Of a stretch of DNA of 64,000 nt, positions 39,552 to 49,632 are shown in pieces. Position 1 is the stretch's first letter. Every line of letters begins with the position of its first letter. A program made the position numbers and the translations under genes. This stretch comes from Bacteroidota bacterium (lineage in GTDB: Bacteria > Bacteroidota > Bacteroidia > Palsa-965), in NCBI GenBank assembly GCA_013289095.1, contig JABDAO010000001.1:31223-95222 (forward strand), read 5' to 3'. The notes below the pieces were generated by a model, which saw nothing but the letters and a program-made list of their open reading frames with translations, was not told the origin of the DNA and made no database searches.

Positions 39552-40808
39552 ATGAAACCAGCATCATTAAAACGTAAAATATTCAACGATCCCATCTATG
39601 GTTTCATCACCGTGCCCGATGAGTTAATCTTCGCCCTGATCAATCATCCCTGGTTTCAGCGTCTGAGACGGATCAAACAACTTGGGCTGACCAACCTGGT
39701 TTATCCGGGGGCGCTGCATACGCGATTTCATCATGCCCTCGGAGCCATGCACCTGATGACCGAAGCCATTGAAGCGCTCCGTTCCAAAGGCCATTCCATA
39801 ACCGACGACGAAGCCCAGGGAGCAACCATCGCCATCCTTTTACATGACATCGGGCATGGTCCGTTCTCGCATGCGCTGGAGCACAGCATTGTGAACAAGA
39901 TCTCGCACGAGACCATTTCGGAGTTGTTCATGGCCCAACTCAATACTGAATTCAAAGGAAAACTTTCGCTCGCCATCCGTATTTTCAGGGATGAACACAA
40001 AAAAAAATTCCTGCACCAACTCGTCAGCAGCCAACTGGATGTTGACAGGCTGGATTATCTCAAACGCGACAGTTTTTTCACCGGCGTTTCCGAGGGGATT
40101 GTCAGTTCAGACCGTATCATTAAAATGATGAACGTAGTCGATGACGAACTGGTGGTTGAAATAAAAGGCATTTATTCGGTCGAAAAATTTATCATTGCCC
40201 GCCGTCTGATGTATTGGCAGGTTTATCTTCATAAAGCGGTGTTGAGCGCCGAAAATCTGCTGGTCAATATCCTGGCCCGAGCCAAGGAACTGGCCCTGAA
40301 ACAGAAAAAGGAACTATTCTGTACCCCGGCCTTGCATACATTTCTGTATTCCAAACTGACAAAGGAAGATTTTTCGGTCAGACCAGAACTATTGCAGATT
40401 TTTTCTGAACTGGATGATAACGACATCATGGCTTCGGTAAAGGTCTGGACCAAACACTCCGATAAAATCCTTTCCCGGCTTTGCACCAACCTGGTCGACC
40501 GCCACCTGTACTGCGCAGAGCTTCAAAAGCTGCCGTTTGAAAAAAGCCTGATTGCTTCGCTCAAACGCAAAACCCAGCAAAAATATGGGTTGACTGAAAA
40601 GGAAGTCGGTTATTTTGTCTTCACGGCCTCGGTCTCGAATGATACGTACCGGCCGGATAAGATAAAGATCAAAATCCTGACAAAAGATGGGTCTGTGCTC
40701 GATCTTGCCAAAGCATCCGATCAGCTTGGCATCGGTAGCCGGACACATACCATCAGCAAATCCTTTCTCTGCTATCCCAAAGAGTTCAGGACGGGTATTT
40801 CTTCCTGA
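39552..40808 (+). CDS. HD-domain phosphohydrolase
   Basis: H..HD metal-binding signature (RFHHALGAMHL ... LLHDIGHGPFSH) in a protein of about 418 aa. Confidence 0.75.
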   Translation: MKPASLKRKIFNDPIYGFITVPDELIFALINHPWFQRLRRIKQLGLTNLVYPGALHTRFHHALGAMHLMTEAIEALRSKGHSITDDEAQGATIAILLHDIGHGPFSHALEHSIVNKISHETISELFMAQLNTEFKGKLSLAIRIFRDEHKKKFLHQLVSSQLDVDRLDYLKRDSFFTGVSEGIVSSDRIIKMMNVVDDELVVEIKGIYSVEKFIIARRLMYWQVYLHKAVLSAENLLVNILARAKELALKQKKELFCTPALHTFLYSKLTKEDFSVRPELLQIFSELDDNDIMASVKVWTKHSDKILSRLCTNLVDRHLYCAELQKLPFEKSLIASLKRKTQQKYGLTEKEVGYFVFTASVSNDTYRPDKIKIKILTKDGSVLDLAKASDQLGIGSRTHTISKSFLCYPKEFRTGISS

Positions 40809-41049
40809 TTCTGCTCGTCCGGTCTTTCTGAACCGAACCGCCCTGCTGATTCCCGCTCCTGCTTCAATATTAAAGGTACAGGAGGGTATTTAATCTATTT
40901 TGAGTATTTTTGGTCTCACAGAAAATTTCATTGGGTCCGACAGACCGTTTTAACCGTGACAGACAGGTTAATAGAGTGCCGTCAACCGCGATTCAGTGAA
41001 TGACACAGATAAAAAGCACACAGCACACAAAACGCGTAGCTTCTAGCAA

Positions 41050-42471
41050 ATGGATAAACAACACACCCTTAAATCCCCGGTCACGATCTCCGGCGTTGGT
41101 CTTCATACCGGAAAATTTACCACCATCACCTTTAAACCGGCCCCTCCACATCATGGTTTTCAATTTCAGCGCATAGATATCGACGGGAAACCTATTATTC
41201 TGGCCGATGTCGACAATGTGGTTGACACCGCCCGCGGAACAAGTCTTGAACAAAACGGGGCCAGGGTAAGCACTACCGAACATGCATTGGGTGCGTTGGT
41301 AGGCCTGGAGCTTGACAACATACTTATTGAACTCGACGGGCCCGAAGTACCCATCATGGATGGAAGCTCCTGGCCATTCATTCAAGCACTCGAAAAGGCA
41401 GGCCGGGTAGAACAGGATGCCGAACGCGAATATTACGTGCTGAAAGAAAATCTGACCTACGAAGACCCGGTCAAGAAAGTGGAGATGCTGGCCGTGCCCC
41501 AGGATGAATACCGCATCACCGTCATGGTAGATTATAACTCAGACCTGCTGGGCACCCAACACGCCAGCATGTACAACATCCGCGAATTTAAAGAACAGAT
41601 ATCGCCCTGCCGCACCTTCGTGTTTTTGCATGAACTCGAAGCCCTGCTCAAACACAATTTAATAAAGGGGGGTGACCTGAACAATGCCATCGTCATGGTA
41701 GACAAACCCATTTCGGATGAATCCATGCAACACCTCCGAAAGGTGTTCAACAACCAAAGCGTGGAAGTAAAAGGAAGAGGGGTGCTGAACAATACTCAAC
41801 TCCATTTTTACAATGAGCCGGCCCGGCATAAACTGCTTGATATTGTGGGTGATCTCGCCTTGATCGGTGTGCCGCTCAAAGCGCATATCCTTGCCGCAAG
41901 ACCCGGTCATGCCGGAAACGTGTCTTTTGCAAAAAAGATAAAAGAGCTGATCAAAAAGGAACGCTCCAGGAAACCCGCCTTTCATTACGATCTGAACAAG
42001 GAGCCCCTTTACAACATTCATGACATCATGGGCATGTTGCCCCACCGTCAGCCTTTTCTGCTCATCGATAAAATCATGGAGCTCACCTCCGACTCCGTTG
42101 TCGGGGTCAAGAATGTGACGATGAACGAGGATTTTTTCAAAGGCCATTTTCCGGGCAACCCGGTCATGCCCGGTGTGTTGCTTATTGAAGCCATGGCTCA
42201 GACCGGAGGCATATTAGTGCTCTCCACCGTTCCGGATCCTGAAAACTACATTACCCTGTTTATGAAAATAGACAATGTCAAATTCAAACAAAAAGTGATA
42301 CCAGGCGACACGGTAGTGTTTAACCTGAAGCTGCTAAGCCCTATCCGTCGCGGCATTTGCCACATGTCGGGCATTGCCTATGTAAAGGGCAAGGCTGTGA
42401 TGGAAGCCGAAATGATGGCTCAAATCGTGAAAGTTAAAAACATTTCCAAACCCATGGCCATTACAGCCTAA
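41050..42471 (+). CDS. lpxC/fabZ: Bifunctional UDP-3-O-acyl-GlcNAc deacetylase / 3-hydroxyacyl-ACP dehydratase (LpxC-FabZ fusion)
   Basis: An N-terminal LpxC fold (ISGVGLHTG, HALGALVGL) and a C-terminal FabZ hotdog domain (FFKGHFPGNPVMPGVLLIEAMAQ). Confidence 0.93.
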   Translation: MDKQHTLKSPVTISGVGLHTGKFTTITFKPAPPHHGFQFQRIDIDGKPIILADVDNVVDTARGTSLEQNGARVSTTEHALGALVGLELDNILIELDGPEVPIMDGSSWPFIQALEKAGRVEQDAEREYYVLKENLTYEDPVKKVEMLAVPQDEYRITVMVDYNSDLLGTQHASMYNIREFKEQISPCRTFVFLHELEALLKHNLIKGGDLNNAIVMVDKPISDESMQHLRKVFNNQSVEVKGRGVLNNTQLHFYNEPARHKLLDIVGDLALIGVPLKAHILAARPGHAGNVSFAKKIKELIKKERSRKPAFHYDLNKEPLYNIHDIMGMLPHRQPFLLIDKIMELTSDSVVGVKNVTMNEDFFKGHFPGNPVMPGVLLIEAMAQTGGILVLSTVPDPENYITLFMKIDNVKFKQKVIPGDTVVFNLKLLSPIRRGICHMSGIAYVKGKAVMEAEMMAQIVKVKNISKPMAITA

Positions 42472-42476
42472 AGCCT

Positions 42477-43253
42477 ATGCCCAACCCCGCCCCTTACATA
42501 CATCCTGAAGCCATCATCGGCCAGAACGTAACGATCGAACCATTCGCCTTTATCTCAAAAAATGTGGTCATCGGCGATGGTTGCTGGATCGGGCCACATA
42601 CCAGCATCATGGAAGGAGCACGCATCGGTAAAAATTGCAAAATTTTTCCGGGCGCCGTCATCTCCGGAATACCTCAGGATCTTAAATTTCACGGAGAAGA
42701 AACCACCACCGAAATTGGCGACAATACGGTGATCCGCGAATGTGTCACCGTAAACCGGGGAACGGAAGATAAACTCAAAACCGTTATCGGCAAGAATTGT
42801 CTCCTCATGGCCTACGTACACATTGCCCATGACTGTATCATCGGCGACAATGTGGTTCTGGCCAACAGCGTAAACCTGGCCGGTCATGTTTGCATCGAAG
42901 ATTTTGCGATTCTCGAGGGCTATGTCGGCGTTTCTCAGTTCGTATCCATCGGAGCTCATTCCTTTGTATCCGGACAGACAGGAGTGCGTAAAAATGTACC
43001 TCCGTTTACCAAAGCCGCCCGCGAACCGCTTCAGTATGTAGGCATCAATTCGGTTGGTTTGCGCCGCAGAGGGTTTACGAACGAAAGCATCATTCAGATA
43101 GAGGATATCTACCGCACACTCTATGTCAAGGGCCTGAATGTCACCAATGCCACAGCGGTCATTGAACAAGAAGCGCCTTCTTCCAAAGAAAAAGATCAGA
43201 TCCTGAAATTCATCCGCAATTCAACAAACGGGATTATGCGCGGGTTGTCTTAA
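42477..43253 (+). CDS. lpxA: Acyl-ACP:UDP-GlcNAc O-acyltransferase
   Basis: Left-handed beta-helix hexapeptide repeats at 258 aa, sitting directly downstream of lpxC/fabZ. Confidence 0.93.
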   Translation: MPNPAPYIHPEAIIGQNVTIEPFAFISKNVVIGDGCWIGPHTSIMEGARIGKNCKIFPGAVISGIPQDLKFHGEETTTEIGDNTVIRECVTVNRGTEDKLKTVIGKNCLLMAYVHIAHDCIIGDNVVLANSVNLAGHVCIEDFAILEGYVGVSQFVSIGAHSFVSGQTGVRKNVPPFTKAAREPLQYVGINSVGLRRRGFTNESIIQIEDIYRTLYVKGLNVTNATAVIEQEAPSSKEKDQILKFIRNSTNGIMRGLS

Positions 43254-43293
43254 AGCCGGGAACTACAATCTACCATTTAATCCTTTCTCCTGC

Positions 43294-43914
43294 TTGAAAA
43301 TCACCCTGACAAATATTGGGAAGCGCTTTAACCGCGACCGGATCTTCGGTGGAATAAACCATCTGTTTACGCAGGGAGCACATACTGTAATCCAGGGGTC
43401 GAACGGTTCCGGAAAATCAACCTTACTTCAGATTATCGCAGGAAATACAGCGCCCAGCGAAGGCAGCCTAAGCTATGAGCTCCATGGAAAACCGCTGCCT
43501 CAGGAAGATCTCTTCCGTAACATAAGTTTTGCTTCCCCTTACATGGAGTTGCTCGAGGAACTCACCCTGAAAGAACATGTGGCCTTTCATGCCGGGCTGA
43601 AAGCCTTCAGGGATGGGGTTGAACCTGCAGCCGTTCCCGAACTGGCAGGGCTGAGCCGTTCGGCAGATAAACAGATCCGGCATTTTTCATCGGGCATGAA
43701 ACAACGCGTACGGCTCAGTCTTGCTATCCTGAGCAACACCCCCTTGCTCCTGCTGGATGAGCCTTGCAGCAACCTCGACCCACTGGCAATTACCTGGTAC
43801 CAGGAACTCATCGCCGCACATACTTCTGACCGCATTATCCTGGTTTGTTCAAACCAGCAGGAGTTTGAATATGGTTTTTGTAAGGAACGGTTGAGGATGG
43901 AAGACTTTAAATGA
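43294..43914 (+). CDS. Compact ABC transporter ATP-binding protein (no cognate permease in the window)
   Basis: Walker A GSNGSGKST, signature FSSGMKQR, Walker B LLLLDEP, at 206 aa. Confidence 0.8.
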   Translation: MKITLTNIGKRFNRDRIFGGINHLFTQGAHTVIQGSNGSGKSTLLQIIAGNTAPSEGSLSYELHGKPLPQEDLFRNISFASPYMELLEELTLKEHVAFHAGLKAFRDGVEPAAVPELAGLSRSADKQIRHFSSGMKQRVRLSLAILSNTPLLLLDEPCSNLDPLAITWYQELIAAHTSDRIILVCSNQQEFEYGFCKERLRMEDFK

Positions 43915-44138
43915 GCCGGACACGTTGCAAGCCGAATCGGTAAAGAGCTCCGTTCATCCCTGCCACAGGCCGTAATCATTCAGATTGACTGCTTTCAACC
44001 CTTTTCCAAACAACTTTCTCGGTCAAAACAGGGTTAATTGAGTATTCCTCTTACCTTTGCAATCCTCCGGAAAGGGCCTTTCGGGAGATTATTGAGCTAC
44101 CTAATTAATATTCGAAACCCAAAAACTCACACATTCGC

Positions 44139-44699
44139 ATGGCAGATACAGGTGATATCAATATCGGCACCGTGATTCGTTTCAACGGTGAACTTTGTAA
44201 AATAGAAGAATACCAACACCGTACACCTGGAAATCTTCGCGCCTTTTACCAGGCCAAGATGCGTAACCTCAAATCGGGGAAACTGGTCGAAAACAGGTTC
44301 CGTTCGGGCGAGCTCGTTGAGATTGTAAGGGTTGATTACAAGGTGCTGCAATACATCTATCCCGAAGGCGAATTCATTGTATGTATGGACAATGAGAATT
44401 TCGAACAGATCTATCTTCCCGCAACCATGCTGGGCAGCGGAATGAGCTTTTTGAAAGAAGGCATGGAAGTCAAGATTTCGTTTGAAGGCGATAACCCGAT
44501 CCTGGCCGAAGCCCCGGTATTTGTTGAACTCGAAATAACCTACTGTGAGCCCGGCATGAAGGGCGACACAGCCACCAACACACTCAAACCGGCCACACTC
44601 GAAACAGGCGCGGTGATCAATGTACCCCTTTTTGTAAATCAGGGCGAACGGGTGAAGATTGATACCCGTACCAACTCCTATGTGGAGCGTGTGAAATAA
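44139..44699 (+). CDS. efp: Translation elongation factor P
   Basis: 186 aa with the KOW-like N-terminus and OB domains (GTVIRFNGELCKI). Confidence 0.95.
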   Translation: MADTGDINIGTVIRFNGELCKIEEYQHRTPGNLRAFYQAKMRNLKSGKLVENRFRSGELVEIVRVDYKVLQYIYPEGEFIVCMDNENFEQIYLPATMLGSGMSFLKEGMEVKISFEGDNPILAEAPVFVELEITYCEPGMKGDTATNTLKPATLETGAVINVPLFVNQGERVKIDTRTNSYVERVK

Positions 44700-44718
44700 T
44701 ATTTCCTGAAAGAATTCA

Positions 44719-44751
44719 AAAAAGCCGATTTAACAAGACCGGCTTTTTTTG
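44719..44751 (+). terminator. Rho-independent terminator after efp
   Basis: AAAGCCG...CGGCTTT stem followed by T7. Confidence 0.5.
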
Positions 44752-44782
44752 TTTGTTGCACGGATTCTGTCAATTCAAAAGA

Positions 44783-45715
44783 ATGCCTATGAAAATTCCC
44801 GCTCATACAGTTGAAGAGATTGCCCGTATGTTGAATGCGGAATTTATCGGGAATGCAGCACATCCGATTACCGGCGTCAATGAAATCCACATGGTGGAAG
44901 CAGGTGATCTGGTTTTTGTTGATCATCCCAAATATTACGACAAGGCGCTTCTTTCCAAAGCCACAACCATACTCATCAATAAGGTGGTGCCCTGCCCCCC
45001 AGACAAGGCGCTGATCATCAGCAGCGAACCTTTTCGTGATTACAACATCCTGGTCGGGCATTTTCATCCATTGGCATATAGCACATCCACACAAAAACCG
45101 GCACAGGTGGGAGCAGGCACCCAGATTATGCAGGGCGTATACCTGGGCTATAATGTGACCATCGGAAAAAACTGCACCTTGTTTCCAAATGTGGTGATCT
45201 ATGACAATTGCATTGTTGGCGACAACGTGATCATTCATGCAAATACCGTGATCGGTTCGGATGCCTTTTATTATAAAAAAAGCCCTGGACAACTCAATAA
45301 GCTCATTTCCTGCGGAAGGGTTGTGGTCAAAGACGAAGTAGAAATCGGGGCCGGATGTACCATCGACCGCGGCGTATCGGGCGATACGGTTATCGGAACA
45401 GGCACCAAGATCGACAACCAGGTACAAATCGGTCATGACACGGTCATTGGAGAGCGCTGCTTGTTTGCATCGGGTGTAGGCATAGCCGGTGTCTGCATCA
45501 TCGAAGACGACGTGACCCTCTGGGGCCAGGTAGGCGTGAAAAGCGATGTACGCCTTGGAAAAGGATGCACCGTGCTTGCCCAATCGGGTGTTGGCGATGA
45601 TATCCCTCCCGGCAAGACCTGGTTCGGAAGCCCGGCAGGCGAAGCATCCGAAAAAATGAAGGAACTATTCCTGGTTCGTCGCATTCCAGACATCCTCCAA
45701 AAACTCAATAAATAG
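44783..45715 (+). CDS. lpxD: UDP-3-O-(3-hydroxyacyl)glucosamine N-acyltransferase
   Basis: An N-terminal LpxD domain plus hexapeptide-repeat beta-helix. The start is probably MPMKIP at 44783. Confidence 0.9.
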   Translation: MPMKIPAHTVEEIARMLNAEFIGNAAHPITGVNEIHMVEAGDLVFVDHPKYYDKALLSKATTILINKVVPCPPDKALIISSEPFRDYNILVGHFHPLAYSTSTQKPAQVGAGTQIMQGVYLGYNVTIGKNCTLFPNVVIYDNCIVGDNVIIHANTVIGSDAFYYKKSPGQLNKLISCGRVVVKDEVEIGAGCTIDRGVSGDTVIGTGTKIDNQVQIGHDTVIGERCLFASGVGIAGVCIIEDDVTLWGQVGVKSDVRLGKGCTVLAQSGVGDDIPPGKTWFGSPAGEASEKMKELFLVRRIPDILQKLNK

Positions 45716-45858
45716 CCCCCCCCGTTCTTTTCCAGAATAATACTTCTTTCTGCCCTATTGGCTGGGCAAAACCGGGGATTGGTCTAATTTAACATGGATT
45801 AAATATCAAAATCTGAAATTTAATTAACTTTGGTTATTACCTGTAATAAACAAATGCC

Positions 45859-45948
45859 GGGCATCTCTGCTAATCTCTTCCAAACATTCCCTCCGCCCCT
45901 TGGAGAGGGTTAGGTGAGGTCAATAAAATGGGGTTGTTAGAGATGCCC
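45859..45948. repeat. ~90-bp hairpin element, copy 2 (GGGCATCTCTGCTAAT ... TTAGAGATGCCC)
   Basis: About 85% identical to 34803-34891, in the same orientation, in the lpxD/PP2C intergenic region. Confidence 0.6.
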
Positions 45949-46018
45949 TGGCGCTGCCACATTACCGCACACACGGTCTGGAGCCTTGCTCAGAATCCAA
46001 AAATAATAGTAGCCAGCT

Positions 46019-47251
46019 ATGTCAGAAGATACCCGGGGGAAAGAATCGGCTTCAAGACCGAAGATAAAAGACATCAAATTAAATTCTATCCTGGAGGTCA
46101 CCAAGGCCATCAACAATAATTTTTCGACCGAAAAACTGCTGGAGATCTTTGAAACCGTGTTAAAAGACCAGCTCAACATTGGCAAGCTCGTTCTTTTTAG
46201 TTACAACAGCGGTTGGAAATGCATCCTCAAATACGGCGTTGAAGACGAGATGGCCGCCATTGATGTGGCCAAAGAATTTGGCCAGATCAAAGAAATAAGC
46301 ACGATAGACTATACCTCGTCTGCAGCCCGTCATACCTTCGAAATTGTGGTGCCCGTATATCACAAATCAAGCCCTCTTGCCTATGTGCTCATCGGCGATT
46401 TGAACGAGGACAAGCTTGAGGTCAGCGCAGCCATCAAACACCTGCCCTTTGTGCAGACCCTGGCCAATATCATTGTAGTGGCCATCGAAAACAAAAAACT
46501 GGCAAAGGCAAACATACGCCAGGCCGCCATGAACAAAGAACTTGAGCTGGCTTCGGAAATGCAGAACATGCTTTTCCCCAGTACCCTGCCCAACAATGAA
46601 CGTTTGCAGATCAGCGCATTCTATCTGCCCCATCAGCAAGTTGGGGGCGATTATTATGATTTCATCCAGCTCGACGAAAACGAAGTGGCTTTTTGCATGG
46701 CCGATGTATCGGGCAAAGGAGTCCCGGCAGCGCTGCTCATGTCGAACTTCCAGGCCAATCTCCGCATCCTGTTGCATACCATGACCTCGCTCACCGATCT
46801 GGTCAAGGAACTTAACACCAAGGTGACACAAAATGCAAAGGGCGAAAAATTCATTACCCTCTTCATCGCCCGTTACAATATCCTGACACGGGTTCTGACC
46901 TATATCAATGCCGGGCATAACCCCCCGTTATTGGCTACAGAAAACAGCATTTCCCTGCTCCGCGTGGGGTGTACAGGCCTTGGAATGTTTGATGAACTGA
47001 GCAAAGTAAAAGAAGGCGTGGTAAGTGTTGACCCCGGTTCGGTTATCCTCTGTTATACCGATGGGGTGGTAGAGATAGAAAACGAAGCCGAAGAAGAGTT
47101 CGGAGTCAATTCTCTGCGTCAAACACTCCGTTCAAATTTCAAGCTGAATATGGAGACCCTCAACGACACTATTATTTCGGAAGTCATCAGGTACAAAGGC
47201 GATATGCCTTATATGGATGATATTGCACTGTTTAGTTGCAGGGTGTTTTAA
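46019..47251 (+). CDS. PP2C-family Ser/Thr phosphatase with an N-terminal sensor (GAF-like) domain (SpoIIE/RsbU-type)
   Basis: C-terminal PP2C motifs (GGDYYDF, MADVSGKGVPAALLMS, YTDGVVE). Confidence 0.85.
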   Translation: MSEDTRGKESASRPKIKDIKLNSILEVTKAINNNFSTEKLLEIFETVLKDQLNIGKLVLFSYNSGWKCILKYGVEDEMAAIDVAKEFGQIKEISTIDYTSSAARHTFEIVVPVYHKSSPLAYVLIGDLNEDKLEVSAAIKHLPFVQTLANIIVVAIENKKLAKANIRQAAMNKELELASEMQNMLFPSTLPNNERLQISAFYLPHQQVGGDYYDFIQLDENEVAFCMADVSGKGVPAALLMSNFQANLRILLHTMTSLTDLVKELNTKVTQNAKGEKFITLFIARYNILTRVLTYINAGHNPPLLATENSISLLRVGCTGLGMFDELSKVKEGVVSVDPGSVILCYTDGVVEIENEAEEEFGVNSLRQTLRSNFKLNMETLNDTIISEVIRYKGDMPYMDDIALFSCRVF

Positions 47252-47395
47252 GTATCCCATCCGATGATACCGATGTCTGCCATTCTATCCCGGCATACAG
47301 CACTCCGTTGCAATGGTTCGCCTTTGGCCAGGGCATCCGAAAAGACACCCTCCGTCTGGTTAAAGTTCGCAGATCTGTATCTGCATCCTTTACCC

Positions 47396-47729
47396 TATAT
47401 AGGGTTCACTCAAACACCTGCAACCATCACCCAATCAACACATCATGTCTCATTTTCATCATTGAGATGCAATACTAAATACCGTTTCCAATCAAAACCC
47501 TTGCACCAAGCAGTACGTGGACGAACGTTGTGTTCAAAGGAATTTTTGCTTTCACACATGCCCGCTCAAAGACCTGCCAGGTCTTTGCCGCTTTTTGCTT
47601 GCCCAACCCCGCCTGCCGACGCGCAGGAAGCTTGAGGGGCGGGGCAGGAAAGTAACGCAAAAAAGGCCTCACGCGGAGAGCGATTCGTCCTCCACTAGAT
47701 TGCCGACTTTTTGAGTGAACCCTAATTAA
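47396..47729. mobile_element. MITE-like element, copy 2 (TIRs TAGGGTTCACTCAAA / TTTGAGTGAACCCTAA)
   Basis: It shares the TIR and the adjacent GTCGGCAATCTAGTGGAGGA module (here reverse-complemented next to the right TIR) with 29099-29389. The interior differs and contains several GC-rich hairpins. Confidence 0.45.
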
Positions 47730-47785
47730 CTCATTATCATCAAATTACCGTTAAAAAAAATCAATTTGGAGCATTTCCACCCATT

Positions 47786-48034
47786 ATGCATGCAAAATGA
47801 CTTGAAATGCATGTATAATGATCCATTATTCTTGAATAATAGATTGAAATGCTTGCATACTGATTTAAAATGCATGCATAATGATCCTTTATTCTTGAAT
47901 AATGGATTGAAATGCATGCATAATGATCCTTTTTGCATGTATACTGGTTTGAAATGCATGCATAATGATCCTTTTTGCATGTATACTGGTTTGAAATGCA
48001 TGCATAATGATCCATTATGCTTCATTCGTAAACG
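47786..48034. repeat. AT-rich 42-bp tandem repeat array of about 6 units, each carrying ATGCATGCAT-type palindromes
   Basis: TTGAAATGCATGCATAATGATCCTTTTTGCATGTATACTGGT appears twice perfectly with four to five diverged units. GC is about 33% against the ~48% window average. Both strands give Cys/Met/His-rich repeat ORFs: 47766-48041(+) and 47726-48091(-). Confidence 0.8.
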
Positions 48035-48179
48035 TAAATGAACTGATCGGGGTTCGGAAACAAGGAAGACACATGAAGCACTACTGAACATGATTTGTCA
48101 GTACCTGAACATTCATCAGGAGAAACAGACAATTGAAGTTCAGAGAGCGTATTCCCGAAGAATAACCGAAGTATGTTCT

Positions 48180-49631
48180 TTACCCGGCTATCAGCCCGGG
48201 TGTTTTTTCCTCTGCAGATGCACCCCGGTGATAAATATCGGCCGCTACGAGGATAGCGATAAACCCCCAGAAGGGAACCGAGGCCTTGTCGGTATCCAGG
48301 AAATTGTTCAACCCTCCATGCACCATATACGTTACAAGACCCAGCAGCACAGCCAGGGTGGTGCTTCGCAGATCGCCTTTGGGAAGGCGGTAAAACAGTC
48401 TTGAACCGGTCCAGATGACACAGATAAGGATAGCCACAAACGAACCGGCTCCGAGCATTCCCGATTCGCAAAGCGGGCCTATGTATTCGCTGTGCGCATT
48501 GCCCTTGTTGCCGGCGTTGGTACTGATGCTTGTTTTCTCGCTCGATAACTGGAACGGGGCATATTGAAAACTATAGGTTCCGGGCCCCCATCCTAAAATG
48601 GGGCGTTCGTGAAACATACGCATGGCCGAATTCCAGCGGTTGAGTCGCTCCAGGTTTGAGGCATCGGTCGAAATATTTGAGATCGACTGAACGTGTTCGG
48701 TGAGGTTGGTGGAAGAATCCTGGCGGTTTTTTTCGAGCTTGCGTACAAGATCACCCCAAACCATAGCCAGGATGATGGCAATAGCAGCAGCGCTGATCAG
48801 TAACGTGCGGATCCCTACACGGAACATATAAATGAGCCACAAGGCAAGGGCAATCAGTAGGCTTACCCAGGCAGCACGTGTATACGAAAAGATAAGGGCA
48901 ACGGTAAAAATGCAGAAGAGGATGAGCGAAAAGATCCGGCCGCTGGGTGAGAGAGAGCGATTAAAAATAAACGATACCACGAGCGGGAAAAACATAGCCA
49001 AAATGGCCCCATAGGCAGTGTGGTCGTTAAAAAACGGGGCCATGACCCAGTGGGCAGGGTCTTCGCGGAACCCAAACTGGCTGTGGTTATACAGGGTATA
49101 CCCAATGACAATAACCAAGGGGATGATATACAACCAGATGAATCTACGGATTTGGGCTTGTTTTTGAAAAACCTGGACGGCAAGGAAATAAAAACAGGTC
49201 ACGAACCACAAACGGGCCAGCAGGAATTTGAATGAAATGACCGGCATCTCGCTGGTGACAGCAGTCACAAAAATCCAGCCCAGGTTTATCAGCAAGGCGA
49301 TGGTTACCGGGTGACGGATGATCCGCATATCGTATTTGCCTTCGTACAACATCTTGAAAAAATACAGAAGCATCACCCCGATCATCAGGGGTTCGGTTGG
49401 CAGGCTTAGCCCCAGCCTGAACTCGGGATCGGTAATAGTGATCGAGAGCGGGGTAAAAAAGACAATGATGAGCAGTAAGGTATCGACCGAAACAAAAGCG
49501 AGGTAGATAATGATGCAGACTACCGGCAGGAGGTTGAGCCAGTAGAATTCAAAAAAACAACAGAGGGTGTTGAGCACCACAAAAGCAGCGCTTAAACTAA
49601 AAATCCAGCGAAGTTTTAGGGTCTGGTTCAA
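48180..49631 (-). CDS. O-antigen ligase / Wzy_C-family polymerase-like membrane protein
   Basis: About 12 TM helices with a periplasmic loop bearing the YTRAAWVSLLIALALW motif, at 483 aa. Confidence 0.72.
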   Translation of the reverse strand: MNQTLKLRWIFSLSAAFVVLNTLCCFFEFYWLNLLPVVCIIIYLAFVSVDTLLLIIVFFTPLSITITDPEFRLGLSLPTEPLMIGVMLLYFFKMLYEGKYDMRIIRHPVTIALLINLGWIFVTAVTSEMPVISFKFLLARLWFVTCFYFLAVQVFQKQAQIRRFIWLYIIPLVIVIGYTLYNHSQFGFREDPAHWVMAPFFNDHTAYGAILAMFFPLVVSFIFNRSLSPSGRIFSLILFCIFTVALIFSYTRAAWVSLLIALALWLIYMFRVGIRTLLISAAAIAIILAMVWGDLVRKLEKNRQDSSTNLTEHVQSISNISTDASNLERLNRWNSAMRMFHERPILGWGPGTYSFQYAPFQLSSEKTSISTNAGNKGNAHSEYIGPLCESGMLGAGSFVAILICVIWTGSRLFYRLPKGDLRSTTLAVLLGLVTYMVHGGLNNFLDTDKASVPFWGFIAILVAADIYHRGASAEEKTPGLIAG

Positions 49632-49632
49632 C

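Noticed and set aside
47766-48041. Calling the LKCMHNDPFCMYTG repeat ORF a RiPP precursor gene
   Set aside because: No tailoring enzyme (YcaO, radical SAM, LanM, etc.) is adjacent. The segment is AT-rich relative to the genome and is equally open on the opposite strand, so I report it as a repeat with coding potential, not as a feature.
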